Positions 1-10,410 of a stretch of DNA of 64,000 nt are shown piece after piece. Location: the NCBI GenBank assembly GCA_031285625.1, contig JAITVV010000018.1, positions 25,488 through 89,487 on the forward strand, in the 5' to 3' direction. The DNA is from Prevotella sp. Lineage in GTDB: Bacteria; Bacteroidota; Bacteroidia; Bacteroidales; Dysgonomonadaceae. The notes beneath the pieces were generated by a model that saw nothing but the letters and a program-made list of their open reading frames with translations, searched no databases and was not told where the DNA came from. A program made the translations under genes and the position numbers. How positions within the stretch are numbered: the first letter of the stretch is position 1; each line of letters begins with the position of its first letter.

Positions 1-264
1 GCTGATTGTCATTACTTCCGTCATAGTAGTGTCAGGTTTCAGCATATGTAGTATTTCCACTCCTGTGATCAATGTATCCTGATATACAGGGAAAAGGATA
101 TTTCTATCCTTCGGACTGATGACTTCTACATTAATGATAGCCTGCTCACCAATCAGTATGTCTGATGGCTGGATGGTTGCTCTTACAGTCGGTTTCTGTG
201 CATATACCGAGAAGCTCAAGCAACAAAGCAAACAAAACAATATTATATTTTTTATTTTCACCAT
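1..264 (-). CDS. bat-operon associated exported/membrane protein, 5' part (runs off window)
   Basis: ATG at 264-262, manual translation MVKIKNIILFCLLCCLSFSVYAQKPTVRATIQPSDILIGEQ... has a signal peptide; directly follows DUF58 as in Bacteroidales moxR-DUF58-hyp-batA operons. Confidence 0.7.
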   Translation of the reverse strand, partial: MVKIKNIILFCLLCCLSFSVYAQKPTVRATIQPSDILIGEQAIINVEVISPKDRNILFPVYQDTLITGVEILHMLKPDTTMTEVMTIS

Positions 265-270
265 ATACTT

Positions 271-1140
271 CTAACTTCTCTTTTTAAATAAAGCGAGCAA
301 TGCTTTCACATAATCTTCATCTGTGCGTACAGACACATTATCCACCTTACTCCGATTGAAAGATGTCTGCATATTTTGCTGTTGTTGTTGCCACCAATCT
401 TTATATGTTTGCCGCACTTTACGGGATGATGTGTCGATCCATCGTTCTGCCCCGGTTTCCGCATCGAGTATTTTCATTAGTCCTACGCTTGGTAACTGGG
501 TTTCCAGATTATCATATACCTGTAAGGCTACAATATCATGCTTACGGTTTGCTATTGTCAATGCATTGTTATAGTCTTTTATATCGATAAAGTCGGAGAT
601 CATAAATGTTGTACAACGTTTTTTGATCACATTGGTCAGGTATTTTAAGGCCATTCCCATATCTGTTTTGGGGCTTTCCGCTTCAAAGTTTATCAGTTCC
701 CTTATGATATATAGAATATGCTTTTTACCTTTTTTGGGTGGGATGAATTTCTCAATCTTATCCGAAAAGAAGATCACCCCGATTTTATCATTATTCTGTA
801 TCGCCGAAAATGCCAGTGTTGCAGCTATTTCTGTAACCACATCGCGTTTGGGTGACTGACGGGTTCCGAAATCCTGACTGGCCGATACATCCACTAGGAG
901 CATAACAGTAAGTTCCCGCTCTTCTTCAAAAACCTTAATAAAGGGTTTGTTATAGCGGGCAGTTACATTCCAGTCTATGTCGCGGATGTCATCACCATAT
1001 TGATATTCACGTACTTCAGAGAAAGCCATACCCCTGCCTTTAAACGCAGAATGGTATTGCCCTGCAAAAATGTTACGGGACAAACCACGAGTCTTTATCT
1101 CAATCTGACGTACTTTTTTTAATAATTCGCTTGTTTCCAT
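271..1140 (-). CDS. DUF58 / vWA-like protein (MoxR partner)
   Basis: GRGMAFSEVREYQYGDDIRDIDWNVTAR and VKVFEEERELTVMLLVDVSAS motifs; downstream of moxR. Confidence 0.92.
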   Translation of the reverse strand: METSELLKKVRQIEIKTRGLSRNIFAGQYHSAFKGRGMAFSEVREYQYGDDIRDIDWNVTARYNKPFIKVFEEERELTVMLLVDVSASQDFGTRQSPKRDVVTEIAATLAFSAIQNNDKIGVIFFSDKIEKFIPPKKGKKHILYIIRELINFEAESPKTDMGMALKYLTNVIKKRCTTFMISDFIDIKDYNNALTIANRKHDIVALQVYDNLETQLPSVGLMKILDAETGAERWIDTSSRKVRQTYKDWWQQQQQNMQTSFNRSKVDNVSVRTDEDYVKALLALFKKRS

Positions 1141-1211
1141 TAATTTCTAAGCTGTTAGCTATTAGCGGATAGCCAATAGCAGATTTATTCTCCAGAAAGC
1201 TAATAGCTTAA

Positions 1212-2204
1212 TTACGGAACTTCTACTTTATTCAGTATTTCGCTGATGATTTCGTCTGAAGTAGTATTGTTTGCTTCGGCCTCGTAAGTAAGGCCAATAC
1301 GGTGACGTAGTACATCGTGACATACAGCACGTATATCTTCCGGTATAACATAACCTCTACGTTTGATAAAAGCATATGCACGGGATGCAAGTGCCAAGCT
1401 GATGGATGCACGTGGAGAAGCCCCGAATCCTATCATACCTTTTAGCGAGGTTAGTCCGTTTTCTTCAGGGAAACGTGTTGCAAATACAATATCTACGATA
1501 TATTTTTCAATTTTCTCATCCAGATAAACATCTCTTACCACTTCGCGGGCACTGATTATTTCATCGGCTTTCATTACCGGTTCAACTCTGCCGTAATCTC
1601 CGGTTAAGTTATTCCTTAAGATTAATTTCTCCTCTTCTTTTTTAGGATAATTTATCACAACTTTCAGCATGAAACGGTCAACCTGAGCTTCAGGCAGCGG
1701 ATATGTACCTTCTTGTTCAATCGGGTTTTGAGTGGCCATTACCAAGAATGGGGAAGGTAACTTATAGGTTTTCTCACCAATGGTAACCTGACGTTCCTGC
1801 ATGGCTTCGAGCAGAGCACTCTGTACTTTTGCCGGAGCACGGTTGATTTCATCGGCCAATACAAAATTGGAAAATACAGGCCCGTGTTTTACAAAGAACT
1901 CTTCTGTCTTTTGGCTGTAAATCATTGTACCTATAACGTCCGCCGGAAGTAAATCGGGAGTAAATTGTATGCGGCTGTACTTAGCCTCGATAAGTGATGC
2001 CAAAGATTTGATAGCTAGTGTTTTTGCTAGTCCGGGAACCCCTTCTAGTAATATGTGGCCATCAGCAAGTAATCCTATCAAAAGGGATTCCACAAGATGC
2101 TTTTGTCCCACAATCACTCTATCCATTCCCATAGTGAGCGATTCTACGAATGAACTTTTACTTTGAATTCTTTCGGTAAGTTCCCGAATATCAACTTGTG
2201 CCAT
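1212..2204 (-). CDS. moxR: MoxR-family AAA+ ATPase
   Basis: Walker A EGVPGLAKT, RIQFTPDLLPAD, Walker B LADEINRA, ATQNPIEQEGTYPLPEAQ. Confidence 0.95.
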   Translation of the reverse strand: MAQVDIRELTERIQSKSSFVESLTMGMDRVIVGQKHLVESLLIGLLADGHILLEGVPGLAKTLAIKSLASLIEAKYSRIQFTPDLLPADVIGTMIYSQKTEEFFVKHGPVFSNFVLADEINRAPAKVQSALLEAMQERQVTIGEKTYKLPSPFLVMATQNPIEQEGTYPLPEAQVDRFMLKVVINYPKKEEEKLILRNNLTGDYGRVEPVMKADEIISAREVVRDVYLDEKIEKYIVDIVFATRFPEENGLTSLKGMIGFGASPRASISLALASRAYAFIKRRGYVIPEDIRAVCHDVLRHRIGLTYEAEANNTTSDEIISEILNKVEVP

Positions 2205-2411
2205 ACTTTTATTCTATTTTGTATTTATATTTGATTTTCCTATTTACTAAGCAGGACAAAAATAGAAATGTTAAATCTGAAAACCGATAATTCGGAGTTA
2301 AAAAAAATTAAGTGGAACGAAGTATTTAAGCCAAAAAATTAAATAGTATAGATGATATGCGGCTTATTAGTTAAATTTTGTAATTTTATCGTTCACTATG
2401 TAGACCATACT

Positions 2412-3080
2412 ATGAAAGAATTGCGACCAAATGCCAAAAGAGGGAGAATAGCTGTAGGTGTGATATGGGTAATAATATTACTCGGCATTGTATCATTAAT
2501 TATTGAGGGTATACAATTACTGATTGCTTCTGAAATTATCTCAGTCGAAGATATAGGTGGCAATCTACTTTTTATATTGGATTCGGTCCTATCTTACACT
2601 ACCTCTTTAATTTTTGTGGCTACCATCGCTTCCATCGTCACATTTATACTGTGGTTTAGACGTGCATACTATAATATCGGTCTAAAAACAGGAAAAATGA
2701 GATATGGCGACGGATGGGCTGCCGGTGCGTGGTTTATTCCTATTCTTAATCTGTTTGTCCCTTATCGGATAATGAAAGAACTATATGAAAAAACAGATCA
2801 GTATCTTGTGGTTAATAGCAGGGAACCATATACTGAAAGGCTGAAAACAGATTATGTCAATGGCTGGTGGACATTATGGATTATCAGGTTTTTCACAAGC
2901 TACATCTCGTTCAAAATAGAATGGGGTCCGCTTTCTACTAGTGATGGAAATCCTTTCTTCTCTGTTCTTGATTCCATTATAGGAATTACTCTCGGAATTG
3001 TGACTATTATCGTGATTGAGGATTACTCCAAAGCTGAGAGACTACTTGTCGAAACAGAAGATAATGCGATTGACCAATAA
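2412..3080 (+). CDS. DUF4328-like membrane protein
   Basis: FILWFRRAYYN, GWAAGAWFIPILNLFVPY, WWTLWI motifs and several TM segments; start taken at second ATG (MKELRPN). Confidence 0.7.
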   Translation: MKELRPNAKRGRIAVGVIWVIILLGIVSLIIEGIQLLIASEIISVEDIGGNLLFILDSVLSYTTSLIFVATIASIVTFILWFRRAYYNIGLKTGKMRYGDGWAAGAWFIPILNLFVPYRIMKELYEKTDQYLVVNSREPYTERLKTDYVNGWWTLWIIRFFTSYISFKIEWGPLSTSDGNPFFSVLDSIIGITLGIVTIIVIEDYSKAERLLVETEDNAIDQ

Positions 3081-3209
3081 AGAAAATATGTATCAATGAA
3101 TTGTAGCCTTTTTGTAAACTCTAATTAACAAATGATCGGATAAAATCTATATTCTGACAAATTTCACCATATTTTCGTTTTTTAGTAAAAAATCTATCAC
3201 AGAATTTAG

Positions 3210-3217
3210 TATATTTG
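3210..3217 (+). promoter_or_regulatory. Bacteroidetes sigma-A -7 element upstream of pgk
   Basis: TATATTTG matches TAnnTTTG ~80 nt before the pgk ATG. Confidence 0.55.
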
Positions 3218-3296
3218 TATCGCTTTTAAAATCAGGTGGTAGCTGATCAATATGCTGATAATCAATAATATTAATTATATTTAATTAGAAAGAATC

Positions 3297-4559
3297 ATGA
3301 TTACAATTGACAAATTCAACTTTTCAGGCAAAAAAGCCTTTGTTAGAGTTGATTTTAATGTGCCTTTGGATGCACAATTCAACATCACAGATGACACTCG
3401 TATTCGTGCTGCAATGCCTACGCTTAAAAAAATTATAGCTGATGGTGGTAGCCCTATTATCGCTTCACACTTAGGTCGTCCAAAAGGCGTAGAAGAAAAG
3501 TACTCATTGAAACATATTCTTACTCATGTATCTAAACTTTTAGGAGTTGATGTACAGTTTGCAAACGACTGTGTTGGGGAAGAAGCCGGAGTAAAAGCTG
3601 CTGCTCTTCAACCGGGAGAAGCTCTATTGCTTGAAAATCTTCGTTTCTATGCTGAAGAGGAAGGAAAGCCTCGCGGATTAGCAGATGACGCTAGCGATGA
3701 CGAAAAAGCCGCTGCAAAAAAAGCGATAAAAGAAAGCCAGAAAGAATTTACTAAAACTTTGGCTTCATATGCGGATGTATATGTAAATGATGCATTTGGT
3801 ACAGCTCACCGTGCACATGCTTCTACGGCACTTATTGCTGACTACTTCGATGCGGAACATAAAATGTTCGGTTACCTGATGCAAAAAGAAATTGATGCAG
3901 TGGAAAAAGTAATGAAAGATACTGCACGTCCGTTTACAGCAATCATTGGTGGTGCTAAAGTTTCTTCAAAAATTGATATTATTGAGAACCTGTTGGATAA
4001 GGTAAACAATCTTGTTATCGGTGGAGGTATGGCATTTACTTTCATCAAGGCTGCAGGGGGTAAAATTGGTAACTCATTGGTAGAAGATGACAAACTGGAG
4101 CTTGCTAATGAAATAGTTGCTAAAGCTAAAACAAACGGTGTACAACTAGTAATTGCCAGCGATGCTAAGATTGCAGACGCTTTCAGCAACGATGCAAATA
4201 CTAAGATTTCGGAAGCTAATGCAATTCCTGATGGATGGATGGGGCTTGACGTAGGTCCTAAAGGCGAAAAGGAAATTGCTGATGTATTGATGGCATCTAA
4301 AACTATTCTTTGGAATGGTCCTGTTGGTGTATTCGAATTCGACAACTTTGCTCAGGGTACAAAAGTAACTGCTGAGGCCGTTGCCTCTGCTACTAAAGCC
4401 GGAGCATTTTCTCTTGTAGGTGGTGGTGACTCTGTGGCTGCTGTTAACAAGTTCGGTCTGGCTGATCAGGTATCTTATGTATCTACAGGTGGTGGTGCTT
4501 TGCTTGAGTTTATCGAAGGAAAAGTACTTCCTGGAATCAAAGCAATCAGAGGATATTAA
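3297..4559 (+). CDS. pgk: phosphoglycerate kinase
   Basis: [55 protein letters not shown]. Confidence 0.98.
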   Translation: MITIDKFNFSGKKAFVRVDFNVPLDAQFNITDDTRIRAAMPTLKKIIADGGSPIIASHLGRPKGVEEKYSLKHILTHVSKLLGVDVQFANDCVGEEAGVKAAALQPGEALLLENLRFYAEEEGKPRGLADDASDDEKAAAKKAIKESQKEFTKTLASYADVYVNDAFGTAHRAHASTALIADYFDAEHKMFGYLMQKEIDAVEKVMKDTARPFTAIIGGAKVSSKIDIIENLLDKVNNLVIGGGMAFTFIKAAGGKIGNSLVEDDKLELANEIVAKAKTNGVQLVIASDAKIADAFSNDANTKISEANAIPDGWMGLDVGPKGEKEIADVLMASKTILWNGPVGVFEFDNFAQGTKVTAEAVASATKAGAFSLVGGGDSVAAVNKFGLADQVSYVSTGGGALLEFIEGKVLPGIKAIRGY

Positions 4560-4578
4560 GACTTCTTTATATTTTACT

Positions 4579-4612
4579 ATAAAGGCCTGGATTGATTAGT
4601 CCAGGCCTTTAT
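4579..4612. terminator. bidirectional intrinsic terminator between convergent pgk and HTH gene
   Basis: ATAAAGGCCTGGA-8 nt-TCCAGGCCTTTAT perfect 13-bp stem. Confidence 0.8.
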
Positions 4613-4636
4613 TTATTTAGAACTGCTTATTAAGCC

Positions 4637-4846
4637 TTATTCATCTTCTTTGTATTCTATAATATCTCCTGGCTGACATTCTAAAGCTTTGCAAATAGCT
4701 TCCAATGTTGATAACCGGATTGCCTTTGCTTTCCCATTTTTCAATATTGAAATATTAGCCATCGTTATTCCAACTTTTTCGGTAAGTTCGGTGACGCTCA
4801 TCTTTCGCTTTGCAAGCATCACATCTATGTTGATTATAATTGCCAA
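4637..4846 (-). CDS. Cro/C1-type HTH transcriptional regulator (YozG-like)
   Basis: MAIIINIDVMLAKRKMSVTELTEKVGITMANISILKNGKAKAIRLSTLEAICKALECQPGD. Confidence 0.92.
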   Translation of the reverse strand: MAIIINIDVMLAKRKMSVTELTEKVGITMANISILKNGKAKAIRLSTLEAICKALECQPGDIIEYKEDE

Positions 4847-4857
4847 TTTTTTATCTT

Positions 4858-5340
4858 TTAAATCGTTAAGTCATTTTCATCTTTCATATCCACCCCATTT
4901 TGCAAGACTCTTTCTCCTACAGCCGCAGCTGTACCGATAATAGTAGATATAAAAATCATAGCAAGTCCCATGGCAACACCTCCGGCAATATCCTCAGTAC
5001 CACGCTGAAATATAAAGAAGTAGGCTTCTGCTCCAGTAATAAAAACAATTAGGACTATCGCACAATATTTTATAGTCTGTAAAGCCCTGACAGAATTTCG
5101 CGAGAATATTCTGTTTTGCCCGATATATCCCAGTAGCTTAAAAACTTGATATAATACCACAAAGAAAGAAATAGATGCAATATACACATATGCAAGAAAT
5201 GGGTCTTTGAAATAAATCTCAAAGGGTGTTGCATGTATATTTCTGCCTTCAAGGTGGGGTTCCCAAAGCATAAGAGCCAGAGTTCCTGTGCCGATGAAGA
5301 CTACGACTATCTGGAGAAATATTATTGAAACTCTTTTCAT
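4858..5340 (-). CDS. DUF2975 (YoaS-like) membrane protein
   Basis: 4 TM helices, C-terminal MKDENDLTI, paired with YozG-like HTH. Confidence 0.85.
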   Translation of the reverse strand: MKRVSIIFLQIVVVFIGTGTLALMLWEPHLEGRNIHATPFEIYFKDPFLAYVYIASISFFVVLYQVFKLLGYIGQNRIFSRNSVRALQTIKYCAIVLIVFITGAEAYFFIFQRGTEDIAGGVAMGLAMIFISTIIGTAAAVGERVLQNGVDMKDENDLTI

Positions 5341-5469
5341 GATTTTTTAAATTATTGATTGATCATTACATTTATATTGTTTGCAAATATATAAAATATA
5401 TCGAAATACGATAAATTATTATTGTTTTTTTGTTTATTCAAAAAATATTTGCAGACCTTTTTGTTGATC

Positions 5470-6167
5470 TTATAATCTAAAAACTATGGGTAATATGAAA
5501 AAGGCATCTACATTTTCTCCTTTATGTTTTGCCGGTATCCAACTTGGCATTAGGTTGATGATACGCAATGCTTCTTTATCTAATAGGGGTGTTAAGCCCT
5601 TATAATTTCCGGTGATTCTATTTTACCTTCCTTAGTTACGATAAAGCGGATAGTTACTCTACCCCGAGGACACAGAGAACAACTGTCTCCAAAGCATTCA
5701 TACTCAATTATCGGATATTTAAGATTTTTTTGTATAAAATTATACAAAGCTTGCTCTCCATCTGGAAAAAAAGGGAGTTGATATATTTTCCTACTATTAA
5801 TAGTAGGAAGCGTAAAGTTGACTGGTAATATGATTTCATCTGAGAGTTTATTCTTATTTACCGGAATCCATCTAGGCATGGTCTTCATCATTTTTATAAC
5901 AGCACTATCACACGCACTTTCCAGACTTTTATTTATTCTTATGTTTACTACATCTCCGTTAGGAGCAATGTTAAATTGTATAATCACTTGTCCTTCTATT
6001 CCTTTTATTTGAGCAAATTCGGGATATACAAGATTATCTTTTATAAACTTCGTTAGTGCCTTTTCCCCTCCAGGATAAGCTGGTATTGGTTCTGCTGAAA
6101 CAAAAATATCTTGTGACATAATAGATAAGCCGTAGAGGAGGAAGATGAAAGTAAATATGTATCTCAT
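5470..6167 (-). pseudogene. TonB C-terminal domain protein (two TonB_C domains) interrupted by a 1-nt frameshift near 5597
   Basis: PAYPGGEKALTKFIKDNLVYP...GQVIIQF domain 1; domain 2 stops at ...EIIRA* but continues in another frame as GLTPLLDKEALRIINLMPSWIPAKHKGENVDAFFILPIVFRL* (stop 5470-5472). Confidence 0.8.
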
Positions 6168-6289
6168 AGTTTAATTACTTTCTTATATAGAAGTACAGAA
6201 TGATAAAATTCCATAATAAGATTTCTGATTTTTTTTGTGTGACTATAAACCGCTAAACTTTTTGTACTTTTGAATAAAAAATCTTACTA

Positions 6290-6601
6290 ATGATTATTTT
6301 CAATACAACTTTCCATGTAGAAGACGATGTGTGTGATGAATATATCCGTTTTATGAAAGAAAATTATATTGTAAAAGCTGCTAACAGTGGTTTTCTACAT
6401 GAACCACGCTTTGCGCGGATACATGCGCAACACGAAGAAAGTGGGAGCAGTTATTCGCTCCAGTTCAAAGTGAAAAATCTGGATACACTGAACCATTGGT
6501 ATGCTACTGAAGGAGAAGCCTTGCAAAAGGAAATTACAACATACTTTGGTAATAGAGCTTTGGGTTTTGTTACTATCCTTGAAGAAATAGACCTCGGATG
6601 A
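6290..6601 (+). CDS. DUF4286 family protein
   Basis: [11 protein letters not shown]...SYSLQF...FVTILEEI pattern; usual position upstream of ruvC in Bacteroidales; TACTTTTG promoter at 6265-6272. Confidence 0.8.
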   Translation: MIIFNTTFHVEDDVCDEYIRFMKENYIVKAANSGFLHEPRFARIHAQHEESGSSYSLQFKVKNLDTLNHWYATEGEALQKEITTYFGNRALGFVTILEEIDLG

Positions 6602-7158
6602 TAGAGAAAGAACGGATTATATTGGGGATAGACCCGGGGACTCAGGTGATGGGATATGGTGTATTGCGTGTAGTGAACAATAAACCTGAATTATTAGCTA
6701 TGGGTATTCTCCAACTAAGCAAATATGATGACCATTATCTAAAGCTTCGCCGTATTTTTGAACGCATAATTAGTCTGATCGATGAATTTCTTCCTGATGA
6801 ATTGGCTATTGAGGCTCCCTTTTTTGGAAAGAATGTGCAAAGTATGCTAAAGTTGGGTAGAGCACAGGGGGTAGCTATGGCGGCTGCTTTGTCGCGTGAT
6901 ATTCCCATTTTTGAATATGCTCCGCTGAAAATAAAAATGTCGATAACCGGAAATGGTCGTGCTGCTAAGGAACAGGTTGCCTATATGTTACAACATTTTC
7001 TGAAAATTCCTGACGAAAATATGCTCCCGCAGATGGATGCTACGGATGGATTAGCTGCTGCAGTTTGTCATTATTTCCAAACAAATAATCCTTCTCAGGA
7101 AAAAAAGTTTACAAGTTGGAAAGATTTTATAAATAAAAATCCCGGAAAAGTTAAATAA
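6598..7158 (+). CDS. ruvC: crossover junction endodeoxyribonuclease RuvC
   Basis: [43 protein letters not shown]. Confidence 0.96.
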   Translation: MIEKERIILGIDPGTQVMGYGVLRVVNNKPELLAMGILQLSKYDDHYLKLRRIFERIISLIDEFLPDELAIEAPFFGKNVQSMLKLGRAQGVAMAAALSRDIPIFEYAPLKIKMSITGNGRAAKEQVAYMLQHFLKIPDENMLPQMDATDGLAAAVCHYFQTNNPSQEKKFTSWKDFINKNPGKVK

Positions 7159-7833
7159 TTGTCTAATCTGATGATTTACAATGATCTGAAAAGTATAGAA
7201 TACGGGCAGGCATGGGAGTATCAGCAGGAGTTATTCGCATATTCTCTAAGCCGCAAGGATAGCCATGTTTCGACAGAAAACTATCTTTTGTTTTGCGAAC
7301 ACCCTCATGTTATCACAATTGGTAAACATGGTAAACATGAAAATCTCCTGTTTCAGGAAAGTTTTCTCAAAGAAAAAGGAGTATCACTTTTCCAGATTGA
7401 CCGTGGAGGAGATATTACATATCATGGTCCCGGGCAACTTGTTGGTTATCCGATCTTTGATCTTGAATCCTATAATATAGGATTGCGACAATATATTTTT
7501 AACCTGGAAGAAATTATTATACGTCTTCTGTCTTCTTATAATATTCAATCGGAAAGACTAAATGGTGCTGCCGGTGTTTGGATTAATACAACTATACCTT
7601 CCCATACGCGAAAAATAGCAGCAATTGGTGTTCGTAGTAGCCGCTTTGTCACAATGCATGGATTTGCCTTGAATATAAATACCGATTTATCTTATTTTTC
7701 ACTGATAAATCCTTGTGGCTTTATTGACAAGGGTGTTACATCTATGGAAAAGGAACTCGGATATAAGGTTGATATGGAGGAGGTGAAAGATAAGATGAGA
7801 AAATTATTTGAGGAGATTTTTGTGGGAAAATAG
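7159..7833 (+). CDS. lipB: octanoyltransferase LipB
   Basis: CEHPHVITIG, IDRGGDITYHGPGQLVGYPI, KIAAIG, MHGFALN, INPCG; TTG or nearby ATG start. Confidence 0.95.
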   Translation: MSNLMIYNDLKSIEYGQAWEYQQELFAYSLSRKDSHVSTENYLLFCEHPHVITIGKHGKHENLLFQESFLKEKGVSLFQIDRGGDITYHGPGQLVGYPIFDLESYNIGLRQYIFNLEEIIIRLLSSYNIQSERLNGAAGVWINTTIPSHTRKIAAIGVRSSRFVTMHGFALNINTDLSYFSLINPCGFIDKGVTSMEKELGYKVDMEEVKDKMRKLFEEIFVGK

Positions 7834-7876
7834 CAGAAGGACAAACTGTGGAAAGGCTTTATCATAGTATTTCACT

Positions 7877-8187
7877 TGTAGGGCGTATTGCATACATCTG
7901 AAGACAAAATCCAATAAACAGGCGTATTCAATATATTGAATACGCCCGCAAATATAAATATAGTACCTAATGATAATCCGGACATGAACACTACATCCCT
8001 ACAATCACCATCGCAAACAGTTGGAGCTATTGTGCGGGGATTCAAATCATCGGTTACTAAATGTATTGGATTTCCTGTATGGCAACGTAATTACCATGAA
8101 CATATCATACGAAATAAAAATTCGTTGCAGACTATTTCCCAGTATATAATTGAAAATCCAGCCCGATGGCAAGATGATTGTTATTAA
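7877..8187 (+). mobile_element. truncated Y1 (IS200/IS605-superfamily, RAYT-like) transposase remnant with REP-like palindrome
   Basis: SPSQTVGAIVRGFKSSVTK...WQRNYHEHIIRN...YIIENP..W C-terminal motifs; HUH motif absent; perfect 26-bp palindrome at 7921-7946. Confidence 0.75.
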
Positions 8188-8206
8188 TAAATAATGCTAT
8201 TTACCA

Positions 8207-8962
8207 ATGAAAAATTTACAAAATAAAATAGTTTTTATCACAGGAGGAGCTAATGGTATCGGCAAAGCGATAGTAAAAGCTTTCTGTGAAGCCGGGGCAG
8301 ATGTTACATTTTGCGATATGGACGAAATTGCAGGACAGCAATTAAAAGATGAAATGAGATCTTATAAATGTTCATTTGTTCATCTCGATGTTATCGATGC
8401 AGGAGCTTTAACCAATACTGTCAATACTATTCTTTCAGAGAAAGGTAATATCGATATTCTGATCAATAATGTAGGCGTAGGTAATTTTGGTTCTATACTG
8501 GATGTATCTGTTGAGGAATTTGATAAGACGCTGGAAATAAATCTGCGGCCTGTATTCATTACGGCTAAATTATTAGCGAAACATCGTTCATTGTATAAAG
8601 ATTTGAATTCATATGGACGTATTATCAACATGTCATCTACCCGCTACCTAATGAGTGAGCCCGATACAGAGGCTTATGCTGCATCTAAAGGAGCAGTTGT
8701 ATCCCTTACTCATGCATTGGCTGTTTCTTTGAGTAGATATAATATTACGGTGAATTGTATCAGTCCGGGCTGGATAGATACAGGACATTATGGAGAACTA
8801 AGGCCTATAGACCACAATCAGCATCCATCCGGAAGGGTCGGACGTCCGGAAGATATCGCCGGAACATGCCTCTTTTTGTGTGATCCTGCCAATGACTTTA
8901 TCAATGGGCAAAATATTGTGGTCGATGGCGGTATGACTAAAAAAATGATATATGTAGAATAA
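8207..8962 (+). CDS. SDR-family oxidoreductase
   Basis: TGGANGIG, NNVG, YAASKG catalytic motif, VNCISPGWI. Confidence 0.93.
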   Translation: MKNLQNKIVFITGGANGIGKAIVKAFCEAGADVTFCDMDEIAGQQLKDEMRSYKCSFVHLDVIDAGALTNTVNTILSEKGNIDILINNVGVGNFGSILDVSVEEFDKTLEINLRPVFITAKLLAKHRSLYKDLNSYGRIINMSSTRYLMSEPDTEAYAASKGAVVSLTHALAVSLSRYNITVNCISPGWIDTGHYGELRPIDHNQHPSGRVGRPEDIAGTCLFLCDPANDFINGQNIVVDGGMTKKMIYVE

Positions 8963-8997
8963 TTTGCTATCTTTATGTGACTAAAAACCTGATCACT

Positions 8998-10212
8998 ATG
9001 AAAGGCCTGAATTTTATTCTGCTGATGCTATTTGCAGTTTCAATGCAAATTTCAGCTTGTACTACAGCTATTATCTCAGGAAAATGTACTGCAGATGGGC
9101 GTCCTTTGCTTTATAAGCACAGGGATACCGGGGCTTTGCAAAATAAGCTGATGACATTCACGGATGGCAAATATAATTACATTGGCCTTGTTAATAGTAA
9201 TGATAAAGTTGGAAAGGAAGTTTGGGGAGGTTATAACTCTTCCGGCTTTGCAATTATGAATTCAGCATCTTATAATTTGAATAATACAGAAGCCGGACCT
9301 GAAGAGCGTGAAGGAATTGTTATGAAACAGGCTTTGCAACAATGCGCTACTCTTGCCGATTTTGAAAAAATGCTGGAAACTTTACCTAAACCGCTTTATG
9401 TAAATGCTAATTTTGGAGTGATTGACGCTAATGGAGGCGCAGCTTATTATGAAACAGGCGATTATGAATTCAAAAAGTTTGATGCAAATGACCCTTCTGT
9501 TGCCCCTATGGGATACATTGTTCGTACAAATTTTTCTTTTTCCGGAGAACGTGCCAGAGATAAAGGGTTGAGCCGTTATCAGGCAGCAGAACCTTTATTT
9601 TATAGTGCCTCATTGACGGGTACTCTCTCTTATCGCTTTTTGTTACAGGAGGTATCCAGGCATTTGGTACACGGACTCACTGGTGCAAATCTGTATGATG
9701 CGACCCCTCAAGACAGTCATAAACCTGTTTTTGTAGCATTCAGGGATTATATACCCCGTTATTCTACATCTTCTGTTATTGTTGTGCAGGGCGTGAAGGA
9801 TAAAGAACCTGCCTCTCTAACTTCTATGTGGACGATACTAGGTTCTCCGCTTACAACACCTGCTGTGCCGGTATGGCTGAATAAAGATAATATTTACCCT
9901 TCTGTTCTATTTGCTAATGAAACTGGGAATGCTAAAATTTGTAACTGGTCACTGGACTTGAAGAAACGACTTTTCCCCATAACAAGAGGGGAAGGGAATG
10001 ATTATATAAATATGGCAGCACTTATCTCTGCCGATGGGAATGGTATTCTGCAAAAATTGAGACCTATAGAGGACCGTATACTTCATAACTCAGATATTTT
10101 GTATGACATTATGCGTAAGGGAGGCTATAACCCCTCAAAGCAAAAAGAGTTTTGCGATTGGGTAGATCAATTCGTAACGGAATCCTACAATCAGATATTT
10201 TCAATAAATTGA
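8998..10212 (+). CDS. exported Ntn-hydrolase (peptidase C45 / acyltransferase-like)
   Basis: signal peptide followed by CTTAIISGK..ADGRPLLYKHRD (N-terminal Cys nucleophile), G.NSSGFAIMN, VRTNFS. Confidence 0.75.
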   Translation: MKGLNFILLMLFAVSMQISACTTAIISGKCTADGRPLLYKHRDTGALQNKLMTFTDGKYNYIGLVNSNDKVGKEVWGGYNSSGFAIMNSASYNLNNTEAGPEEREGIVMKQALQQCATLADFEKMLETLPKPLYVNANFGVIDANGGAAYYETGDYEFKKFDANDPSVAPMGYIVRTNFSFSGERARDKGLSRYQAAEPLFYSASLTGTLSYRFLLQEVSRHLVHGLTGANLYDATPQDSHKPVFVAFRDYIPRYSTSSVIVVQGVKDKEPASLTSMWTILGSPLTTPAVPVWLNKDNIYPSVLFANETGNAKICNWSLDLKKRLFPITRGEGNDYINMAALISADGNGILQKLRPIEDRILHNSDILYDIMRKGGYNPSKQKEFCDWVDQFVTESYNQIFSIN

Positions 10213-10410
10213 ATTACATTTATCTATATATAAGTATCTTAGTCAAAAAAAACAATAAAAGAAAGTGACATCACAAAACAATGTAAAAACTATTACTTTT
10301 GTAACCTTTGTCACCTTTTAACAGTTTATATATTTATTATAAACAAAATATCGATTTTGCAACAGTGTTAACTTTTGCAGATAATATTAACGATTAAATA
10401 TAAATTGAAT

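Noticed and set aside
3660-3740. Charged insertion [21 protein letters not shown] in Pgk
   Set aside because: As recalled, a normal Bacteroidales Pgk feature
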